Translations under genes and position numbers: made by a program | Notes under the pieces: model-generated | Told to the model about the DNA's origin: nothing | What the model saw: only the letters and a program-made list of their open reading frames with translations | The model's database searches: none | NCBI GenBank assembly: GCA_019894975.1 | Contig: JAGXNO010000037.1 | Span: 1 to 37,782, forward strand | Direction of reading: 5' to 3' | Length of the DNA stretch: 37,782 bases | Source: Promethearchaeota archaeon | GTDB taxonomy: Archaea; Asgardarchaeota; Lokiarchaeia; Sigyniarchaeales; SOKP01 | Part shown: piece after piece, positions 30,221 to 37,782 of the stretch | Layout of the letters: the number at the start of each line of letters is the position of its first letter | How positions within the stretch are numbered: the stretch's first letter is position 1

Positions 30221-30462
30221 ATTTTAACTAAAATAGATTTAATTTAAAATGACATTAATCTATGTTTACATTTTAAATTTTTTATCTAAATATTGAATTT
30301 ATGCAATAATGAGAAAAGAAAAAATAATTAATATATTATTTTAAGCTAATTTCAAACCAGACATATTCATCAGAACATTTGAGACAAAAATCAAGAATAA
30401 TTTAATACTAATTTAACTGCTTGCGCATTTTTACGTCTTTACATCTTTCCTAAATGATCAAC

Positions 30463-31728
30463 TTACACCTCGAAAGCCCATTCTCCATTTCGCATTATAG
30501 GTTCTGTGGTTTCATCTTCTAGTATTCCATTTACATTCATATCTCTTGAACCAATCATAAGATCAAGATGAATAGAACTTTCATTACCTCCCGCAGCCAT
30601 GAATTCTTCTTTAGTAAGTGTTCTCCCATTTTTTAGTGAAGAACGAAAACCTTGACCAAGCGCAATATGATTTGAAGCATTTTCATCAATTAGGAGATTG
30701 AAGTAGAGCAAATCTGTCTTGGATATTAGAGAACTATGAGGAACCAAGGCTATCTCTCCTAACCTTCGAGCTCCTTCATCAATACTAATTATTTTATTTA
30801 TAATATCATTACCAACTCTAGCATGTGCTTCTATTATACGCCCTTTCGAAAACTTAAGAATGCAGTCTTCGATAATTTGACCCTCAATTAAAACAGGTTT
30901 AGTAGTTTTTACAATTCCTTCCACCTGATCTTTAACTGGAGTCGTAAAAACCTCTTCGGTTGGTATATTTGGTTGAAAACTGATTCCATTGTTTGTTTGT
31001 AGGCTTCCTCCCTCCCAGATATGGTTCTTAGGCAGCCCAATTGTTAAATCTGTTTCTGGAGAAATAAATTTTAAAGCTTGATACTGCTTGTCATTTAAAT
31101 AATTACATTGTTTCTTGAGATTTTCATCATGCTTTTCCCAAGCAGATACTGGATTTTCTTCTTTTATTCGACAAATTTCAAAAATGATATCCCACAATTT
31201 CTGAACTCTTTCATTTGAATGAATGTGTGGAAGTATCTTATCTGCCCAAGGTTGGTTTGGCGCAGCAATTATTAACCACTTGTAATCAAATTGGTTAGTA
31301 AGATCTGAAAGAGGTTTAAGGTGCTTAAGTAGGAAGAGTTGAAACTTTAAAATTACACTAAGGTCCACCCCTTCCAATAAATCAGGCCTCGGGCTCATTA
31401 TGTCAAGATAGGCATCTCCTGCTTGAGCTATATCGAGTTTCGCATCAATTCTCCATTTTGGATATAATCTAAGGGATTTTTTAGACCCGTATTTAAATCG
31501 TATTGGGCGTAATTGCTCATCTGCCCATACTACATCAACTAAACTAGCACCCATCTGATATGCTTTTTTCGCAATTATTCGTACTAACGGAGCTGCTTCG
31601 AAAGATACGCCGTCATGAGCAATACTCGGCCCTCCAATTAATAATCTCTGTTTAGGCTGAAAATTCAATCCGACTTTTAATATCACTTCAGCATATTTTT
31701 CCAACTTTTTTTCAAACTCAGATAACAT
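30463..31728 (-). CDS. Aminopeptidase, peptidase M29 family (second paralog)
   Basis: PNIPTEEVF, LGEIALV, DENASNHIALG and HLDLMIG; ATG at 31728 after a GGTGG SD. Confidence 0.92.
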   Translation of the reverse strand: MLSEFEKKLEKYAEVILKVGLNFQPKQRLLIGGPSIAHDGVSFEAAPLVRIIAKKAYQMGASLVDVVWADEQLRPIRFKYGSKKSLRLYPKWRIDAKLDIAQAGDAYLDIMSPRPDLLEGVDLSVILKFQLFLLKHLKPLSDLTNQFDYKWLIIAAPNQPWADKILPHIHSNERVQKLWDIIFEICRIKEENPVSAWEKHDENLKKQCNYLNDKQYQALKFISPETDLTIGLPKNHIWEGGSLQTNNGISFQPNIPTEEVFTTPVKDQVEGIVKTTKPVLIEGQIIEDCILKFSKGRIIEAHARVGNDIINKIISIDEGARRLGEIALVPHSSLISKTDLLYFNLLIDENASNHIALGQGFRSSLKNGRTLTKEEFMAAGGNESSIHLDLMIGSRDMNVNGILEDETTEPIMRNGEWAFEV

Positions 31729-31906
31729 TAAACTTCCACCAATTTTGGATAGAAACAATTATAATATTTGATATTAAGGTCAAAATCCTTTATATATGTA
31801 TCCCGGATCTTAATAATTAATAATCGAGTGATTATATGAAAAACATTTAAGATTCAATTTGAATTCCTACACTTACTCTATTAATATATGATATTAGAAA
31901 GATATC

Positions 31907-32023
31907 ATGAAACTGTTTTCCTTGCTAATCAAACCCGCATCGGCAGATTGTAACCTAAGATGTGAATACTGTTTTTATATAGATTATATTTGTTTAAAAT
32001 ATAATGCAAATCAAACCGAGTGA
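31907..32023 (+). pseudogene. N-terminal fragment of an anaerobic sulfatase maturase-like radical SAM enzyme
   Basis: MKLFSLLIKPASADCNLRCEYCFY (KP..CNLxCxYCFY signature), then a stop after 38 aa. Confidence 0.8.
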
Positions 32024-32024
32024 A

Positions 32025-32810
32025 TTAATTTGCATAAAATTTCTTTCTTCTATCCGTAAAAATATCATTGAACTTATTGAGTTTTTTATCTCTTGCTTTT
32101 TCAATATCAATATCTACAAAATCTAAAAAACTCTTATTAGATGGAGCAGTAGAGAGTATTTGGCCATTATAAGATGTAATCTGACTACCACCTGTAAATT
32201 TAAAGTTATCCTCCCCTCTAGTTTCTTTTCCAATTCTATTAGCCGTAATAGCATAAACTCGATTTTCTAAGCAGCGAGTCACCATTGCATTCTGGCAGTA
32301 TGGTAGGACTAAATTAGCAGGGTGAGCTATTATATCGGCACCTAGTAGTGCAAGTGACCTTGCAGTTTCAGGAAAGATCCAATCAAAACATATCATAATA
32401 CCTATATTAATCCCTTTAACATCATAAACTTTGAAAGGTTTATCCCCAGAATCAAACCATAACTTTTCTTTGTAATATAAATGGAGTTTTCTATAAGTAC
32501 CAATTACTCCATTTTTTGATACTAACATTGCTGAGTTAAATACCTTATCCTCTTCTTTTTCTGGAAATCCTCCAACAACAATAGCGCCTGTATTTTTAGC
32601 CAATTTAATTAGAAATTGAGATGTAATACCATTGACATCTTCAGCTAATGAATAAACCTCTTCTTTTGATATAAACGTGTAACCGGTCGAGAATAATTCT
32701 GGCAATACAAGAATATCTGCTTTCAGATTAACTGATAAGTTCTCTATTTCCCTAAAATTTTCTTCTTTATTACCAAAGATAGGATTTGTTTGAATATATC
32801 CAACTTTCAT
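32025..32810 (-). CDS. Carbon-nitrogen hydrolase (nitrilase superfamily amidase)
   Basis: E-K-C triad: LPELF, YRKLH and ICFDW; ANRIG. Confidence 0.92.
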   Translation of the reverse strand: MKVGYIQTNPIFGNKEENFREIENLSVNLKADILVLPELFSTGYTFISKEEVYSLAEDVNGITSQFLIKLAKNTGAIVVGGFPEKEEDKVFNSAMLVSKNGVIGTYRKLHLYYKEKLWFDSGDKPFKVYDVKGINIGIMICFDWIFPETARSLALLGADIIAHPANLVLPYCQNAMVTRCLENRVYAITANRIGKETRGEDNFKFTGGSQITSYNGQILSTAPSNKSFLDFVDIDIEKARDKKLNKFNDIFTDRRKKFYAN

Positions 32811-32831
32811 TGTCTTTGTGATAAATTACGT

Positions 32832-33689
32832 TTAAATTTGTTTATCTATTCGCATTGTATATAAATCTTCAGTTTTTATATCACTAGTTACTTCCTTTTC
32901 TATTTCCTCTATGATAACACTTTCTAAACCATCTTCAGAGAACACATTCTTTTTAAACTTTTTTGCAGGAGCCCCTAAGTAAATCCATCCCTCTTCTAAT
33001 TCTTGACCTACTGTCGTCAAAGAACTTCCTGCTAAAATTGAATCTTTTTTCATATGAGTTCCAGGCATAATTATGCTATGAGCACCAACTACTGCATTTT
33101 CTTCTAGAATGGTTTTTCTCATAATAAATAAATTTCCAACTATTACAGCTGATTGGACAATTGCACTTTGACCAATAACTACATTTTTACCAAAATCTAA
33201 GAATTCCGTGTCAACAAATCCTTCAAAAAGAGAGTTAGAAAACTTAGTCCTAACTCCAAAAATTTTTAAACATATATTATTCATGAAAGGAAATGGAAAT
33301 TTATGTGAAATCCAGAGTGGCCATTTCTTAATTACACTTCTTATACTCCAATATCGATAATCTTTATCAGAAGAATGTCTGAGAAATATCCCTTCCCTAG
33401 GCTTGTGGATAAAATTAACAATAGTTAACATTAGTTTTGCAAAAATGAGAGAAACAAATATCGCAGATAAGTACATTACAAAAACCATGAGAGGTAAAAA
33501 GAGATAAAAATGAACATTATATTCATATCCTATATTATAAATATCCCACAATAGCCAGAATTCGAATTGAATCGTAAAAATACTGATCCAAATCAATAGA
33601 ATATAAAAGATTAAATATCTCTTTTTTGCCAATGTTAGAGTCGTATTAGGTCCTACTTTTAAACTTGAGGGCACAGACATCCTTTTCAC
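32832..33689 (-). CDS. Membrane LbH acyltransferase-like protein, module type C (second copy)
   Basis: Homologous to 23898..24842 (LAKK.Y, KPREG, DYRYWS, SNSLFEG.VDTE); GTGA overlap. Confidence 0.8.
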   Translation of the reverse strand: MKRMSVPSSLKVGPNTTLTLAKKRYLIFYILLIWISIFTIQFEFWLLWDIYNIGYEYNVHFYLFLPLMVFVMYLSAIFVSLIFAKLMLTIVNFIHKPREGIFLRHSSDKDYRYWSIRSVIKKWPLWISHKFPFPFMNNICLKIFGVRTKFSNSLFEGFVDTEFLDFGKNVVIGQSAIVQSAVIVGNLFIMRKTILEENAVVGAHSIIMPGTHMKKDSILAGSSLTTVGQELEEGWIYLGAPAKKFKKNVFSEDGLESVIIEEIEKEVTSDIKTEDLYTMRIDKQI

Positions 33690-34582
33690 TCCTCCTTATT
33701 AGAATTATTTAGCAATTTTTTTTTATCTTCATCAATATTTACTTCTTGCTGAACTTCATACTTAGTTTCTTCATCTACATTCTTTCTATAAATTATATCC
33801 CGTCTTTGTTCAGCATATTTGTTTACTTTTAATTTTCTTGCAATATGTGGTCCTAGGTAGATCCAACCTGGTTCTAAATATTGATTTGGAACAGTTGCAG
33901 TAAAAGCACCTACTACTGATTCATCGCCCATTATAGTTCCTGGGGAAATATTTGATACCCCTCCAACAACAGTATAATCACCTAGAATAACTTTTTTGAT
34001 AATTAAATACTTACCCACAACCATCGAGCTCATTACCACACAGCCTTGACCTACTGTAACATTTCTCCCAAATTCAATAAATCCTCCATCCGCCCAAGCA
34101 TCTTGCATGTGACTGGAAAAGTCTACTCTAATTCCTAACCATCTAAACCCCCACATAACAATCCAAGGTAATGGTCCATTATTCATAAACCAAAAAACTA
34201 ATTTTTTTAACTCTACTCTCAATCTCCAAAATTCAAAATCTTGATCACCTTCTTCGGCTCTAAAGACCCCTTCTTTTGGTTTATGAATCATATTTATCAT
34301 GAGAAGGAATCCTTTTGTAAAAAGTGCGACACCAAAAACAAACACAAAATATAAAATAAATATCCAGACGGGTAGAAGAAACATAGTAACTACCCAATTA
34401 TTTATTATCATTGACATATCAAAAAAAAAAGCAGTCGCCATATAACCTGAGGCCCATATAATAGGAATATAGAAAATTAGAAATTTGATACCGATTTTAC
34501 TAACAGCACTAGTAGTTACGAAATCAATGGCATAATCAATCTTCTCTGAATTTAATTTCTCTTTATCTAATGAATCACTCAT
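33686..34582 (-). CDS. Membrane LbH acyltransferase-like protein, stand-alone module B
   Basis: IDFVTTSAVSKIGIKFL, HKPKEG, DFEFW and MSSMVVGKYLII match the C-halves of the AB fusions. Confidence 0.8.
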   Translation of the reverse strand: MSDSLDKEKLNSEKIDYAIDFVTTSAVSKIGIKFLIFYIPIIWASGYMATAFFFDMSMIINNWVVTMFLLPVWIFILYFVFVFGVALFTKGFLLMINMIHKPKEGVFRAEEGDQDFEFWRLRVELKKLVFWFMNNGPLPWIVMWGFRWLGIRVDFSSHMQDAWADGGFIEFGRNVTVGQGCVVMSSMVVGKYLIIKKVILGDYTVVGGVSNISPGTIMGDESVVGAFTATVPNQYLEPGWIYLGPHIARKLKVNKYAEQRRDIIYRKNVDEETKYEVQQEVNIDEDKKKLLNNSNKEE

Positions 34583-35499
34583 TTATTTCTTCTCTTGATT
34601 TTTTCTTTTTTTTTAATTTCTTGCGAACTAATTTTTAGTTCTTCTGCTCTTTCTAAATCTTCTTCAGATATTTGTAGGTAATCTATAACTTTTCTTTTGA
34701 AAATCTTTCTTAAGGGGGTTCCAAAATAAAAATTATCTCCTTTCAGAATATTATATTTTGTAGCTCCTGTCATAGGTAACCACCATGAATTGTTACCTGT
34801 GTCTACACCAGGAGCAAAACAGTTGAATGCTGCAGCAGTAACATTATCACCGATTTTAACTTTAGCAAATGATATATTACCGAACACTCCTTCCACTGCA
34901 TGGGAACTTATTGCCACATTAGTGCCCAAATAAGAATTTTCTCCGATTGAAACAAAACGATCCCCTGCAATCTGTTCTTCAATTACAGATCCTTTGCCAA
35001 TTTTATTGGTCCCTATGAAATTAAACATCCACTTGAGTAACCATGGAAACGGTCCCCTTGAAAAAGCATTTTTAGGATATTTTATGATAAAACTTCGAAA
35101 ATGATAATAGTTTAAAGTTTTACTTGGAATATTCCTTGGAATTATTCCTGATTTAGAAGGGGATCGTTTCTCTGAAATACTCCAAAACCATCGAGTAATT
35201 AAAGCTGTAATAAATAAATGGATTAAGTAGCAAATTATAACTATTAAAGGTAAGGTTAAAGAGGCTATTAAAGAAGGTAAATTCGTAAATAACGAAATAA
35301 AGTTTCTTACGTCTAAAAAGAAAGGTAAATAGAGTAGCATAATAAACATCATAAATATTATAGCAGGTATTAAAAATGAGCCATAGTAGATGATAAAAAA
35401 GGCTGGTAAATACCAATTTAATTGTAAGTCTATTTCTTCTTTGATGAGATGATTATTAGGTTCAATGGTTTCTTTTTCAGATTCTTTTGGTTCACTCAC
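34579..35499 (-). CDS. Membrane LbH acyltransferase-like protein, stand-alone module A
   Basis: SPSKSGIIPRN, YYHFRSF and SSHAVEGVFGNI match the N-halves of the AB fusions. Confidence 0.8.
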   Translation of the reverse strand: MSEPKESEKETIEPNNHLIKEEIDLQLNWYLPAFFIIYYGSFLIPAIIFMMFIMLLYLPFFLDVRNFISLFTNLPSLIASLTLPLIVIICYLIHLFITALITRWFWSISEKRSPSKSGIIPRNIPSKTLNYYHFRSFIIKYPKNAFSRGPFPWLLKWMFNFIGTNKIGKGSVIEEQIAGDRFVSIGENSYLGTNVAISSHAVEGVFGNISFAKVKIGDNVTAAAFNCFAPGVDTGNNSWWLPMTGATKYNILKGDNFYFGTPLRKIFKRKVIDYLQISEEDLERAEELKISSQEIKKKEKIKRRNK

Positions 35500-35675
35500 A
35501 ATGTATACCTTTTAATGTAATTATAATAATTTTCGGTTGTTTTCTCACTATTTCTTTTGTATATACTCTTGAGTATTTAAAAATTTTCAGATTAAAAATC
35601 GTAGGATAAGTGGAAAAAGCATAATAATTATATATAAGATCTTCATAAGTTCACAATAAAGAGGAGAAAATATCA

Positions 35676-36518
35676 GTGAGCGATAATAATTTAATAAGGG
35701 ATAAGATTCAAGAAGAAATTGAGAAGAAACTGGATTTATACTTAAGAGAGCATAAAAATGAAGCTTTTACAATAAGAGCTTTAAAAAAAAGATTAGAACC
35801 ATATTTAAAAGATTTTAGTGATAAAGATCTAGAAAATGTTTTAACTCAAATGAGCTCTAATCAAAGAATTCTTTCAACTCAACACAACAACGAGAAATAT
35901 TATTATATTACTGTGGAACTAAATAAATCGAAACAGGCTTATGAGGAAGTTCCTTCAATTGTAAATATCAATCATAAAACTAAAAAGCTTCTAATTAGAA
36001 TGCCAACTAGACAAGGATTAAGAGAAGAAAGATTAACAATAAAAGATTTGATATATTTGAATCATAATAGTAGCGTGGGAATTACAGTTTTTCTGGGGAT
36101 TACGTTAGGTATAATCCTGATTTATTTTAGTAATATTTTTGAAGGGATGTTATCAATTAGTATAGTTATTATTACTGCCTCAATAATTCAAGAATTAATA
36201 GCAAAACATACTGTTTCAAATGAAAACAGATCTTACAATCTACCTATTTACGGTATTATCACAATAGTGATTGATATTATAGGTTTGGTAGCAATAATAT
36301 TTTCGGGGGGATTATTTCCTATCCCTTTTTTTTTTATTGGGTTTTTTTCTGCTATCCCTATTTTATTAACTGCAATTATATTTGCATTTCTAGGTTTTTA
36401 CTATAGAAGGGATTTAAGACCATACTTCGCAATTCTAGGATTGTTTCTTACAATTTTTTTAATTACAATATACCTTTTACCTATAGTATATTCCCTAATA
36501 TTGTTGGAATTTTTTTAA
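35676..36518 (+). CDS. Hypothetical membrane protein with soluble N-terminal domain
   Basis: Helical charged N-terminus (possibly winged-helix-like), about 5 hydrophobic segments in the C-terminal half. Confidence 0.7.
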   Translation: MSDNNLIRDKIQEEIEKKLDLYLREHKNEAFTIRALKKRLEPYLKDFSDKDLENVLTQMSSNQRILSTQHNNEKYYYITVELNKSKQAYEEVPSIVNINHKTKKLLIRMPTRQGLREERLTIKDLIYLNHNSSVGITVFLGITLGIILIYFSNIFEGMLSISIVIITASIIQELIAKHTVSNENRSYNLPIYGIITIVIDIIGLVAIIFSGGLFPIPFFFIGFFSAIPILLTAIIFAFLGFYYRRDLRPYFAILGLFLTIFLITIYLLPIVYSLILLEFF

Positions 36519-36565
36519 TTACTTTTCCCTAATACTACTAAGATTAGAATTGACAAATAAAATAC

Positions 36566-37372
36566 TTATTTTTCCTTTTTCGGGAACCAAGGAAAAAATG
36601 CACTTGTTCTTTTTTTATACTCCGCATACTTGTCATCAGCTCTGTATCGAAAGTTTAACAATCTTATTCCTGAGACTTTAATAATCATATAAGTAATGAA
36701 GAATGGACCGATGACAGAAATAAAGCCAAAAGGTACTGCTAAAGCGATTACAAAGATTCCCCACCATTGAATAACTTCTCCAAAATAATTTGGATGCTGA
36801 GTATACTTCCATAATCCTCGGTCCATTACCTTCCCCTTGTTTTCAGGATTTCGTTTAAATTTATAAAGTTGGTAGTCACCGAGTGTTTCGAAAAGGAAGC
36901 CTATAAACCAAATGATTCCACCAAGCCATAGAGTAATTCCTGAGAAATCTAAAATCTTTAATGAAGGATTATCACTCGTATTTACAAACCATACTGGGAA
37001 GGCGACAATAAAAATTACGAGTCCTTGGAACATATACACCCGTATAAAACTTTTCAAAACTATATTAGTTTTCCATCGTCTTCTCATAGCTTGATACCGA
37101 TAATCTTCTGGTTTGCCTCGATTTCTTATAAAAACATAGGTTGCTAACCTCATTGCCCATATAAAAACTAAGATTGTTACGATAATTTGCCGAATGTTTA
37201 CCTCATTGATGAGAATGGTATATATGACTAAGCTGGATAGTGCTACTATGAAATATCCCGGCCCATAAAATACATCCATTAATCCATTATTCTTCTTAAT
37301 TGTCCCAATGACAAAAGCTATAAAGAGGTAAACAAGTAGAAATAAAGCAGAATAACCAATAGTTGTTAACAT
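36566..37372 (-). CDS. DUF1295 / steroid 5-alpha reductase-like membrane protein
   Basis: EDYRY, ETLGDYQL, GLWKYTQHPNYFGE and TSAFFPW. Confidence 0.9.
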   Translation of the reverse strand: MLTTIGYSALFLLVYLFIAFVIGTIKKNNGLMDVFYGPGYFIVALSSLVIYTILINEVNIRQIIVTILVFIWAMRLATYVFIRNRGKPEDYRYQAMRRRWKTNIVLKSFIRVYMFQGLVIFIVAFPVWFVNTSDNPSLKILDFSGITLWLGGIIWFIGFLFETLGDYQLYKFKRNPENKGKVMDRGLWKYTQHPNYFGEVIQWWGIFVIALAVPFGFISVIGPFFITYMIIKVSGIRLLNFRYRADDKYAEYKKRTSAFFPWFPKKEK

Positions 37373-37782
37373 TTTAATTGAGAAGAAATAAGTTTCTCTT
37401 ACTTAAAATTTTACTCTATGGAACACCAAATACAAATTAAAAATTTAATTCTCTTTTTTTGTTTAAATTCGATGACATATTCAATTGGTTAATCATAATC
37501 AAATACCGACATAAAAACAATAAGAACTTATAGAGATAAAGCAATAAAATTATTACACTTTTGTTAAATATAATTAATAGATTTACACAATTGTACAATA
37601 GTGATGAATAAAAATCGAAATCAATAGCTTAATAAAAATCAACAATAATTTTATATTTGAAGAATAAATAAAAATATAGGTAGGTTAAGGCAATTAAATT
37701 GTTATTTTAATAAGACAGCCGATAAAATTACCAATTTAATTTATCAACAAAAAAGGGATAAATAACATGACCAATAATTCGT

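Noticed and set aside
20644-35499. Calling the region an NRPS or poly-lysine synthetase cluster
   Set aside because: No amino-acid adenylation domain, carrier protein or phosphopantetheinyl transferase in the window; the Pls resemblance is architectural and unverified by search
6478-37094. Other short overlapping ORFs in the track (6478, 10400, 12315, 12518, 16061, 20054, 21711, 24580, 25233, 25671, 25696, 35153, 36912)
   Set aside because: All lie within well-supported genes, on the opposite strand or in an alternative frame, and lack recognisable features
37767-37782. Possible gene start (ATG ACC AAT AAT TCG) after a purine-rich leader
   Set aside because: Only five codons before the window end; cannot be supported

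Overview
AT-rich window that is probably from an Asgard archaeon (Lokiarchaeia-like). This is inferred from the aSelBL-type factor, AlaX-M, an SDS22-like LRR protein, a Rab-like GTPase fragment, poly-T terminators and ATGA-coupled operons. Most genes are metabolic, and many occur as paralog pairs: two aconitases, two glutamate dehydrogenases, two CCG-domain Fe-S proteins, two M29 aminopeptidases and two zinc-ribbon mini-genes. The standout is a six-gene family (23.9-35.5 kb) encoding eight copies of a [transmembrane hairpin + left-handed beta-helix] module in three subtypes, A, B and C. They are arranged as A/B/C split, AB-fused + C, and a second AB fusion. Only subtype A keeps a candidate catalytic His. 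The layout resembles the three-module C-terminal region of Pls-type (poly-amino-acid) synthetases, but here it stands alone without adenylation or carrier domains, suggesting an undescribed heterotrimeric membrane acyl-transfer or polymerase complex. The intergenic gaps hide several unannotated small genes and gene stubs: a DUF4177-like ORF with an AGG start, a zinc-ribbon tandem pair, a Rab-like GTPase N-terminus and a radical SAM maturase N-terminus. No rRNA, tRNA, CRISPR array or mobile element was recognised.
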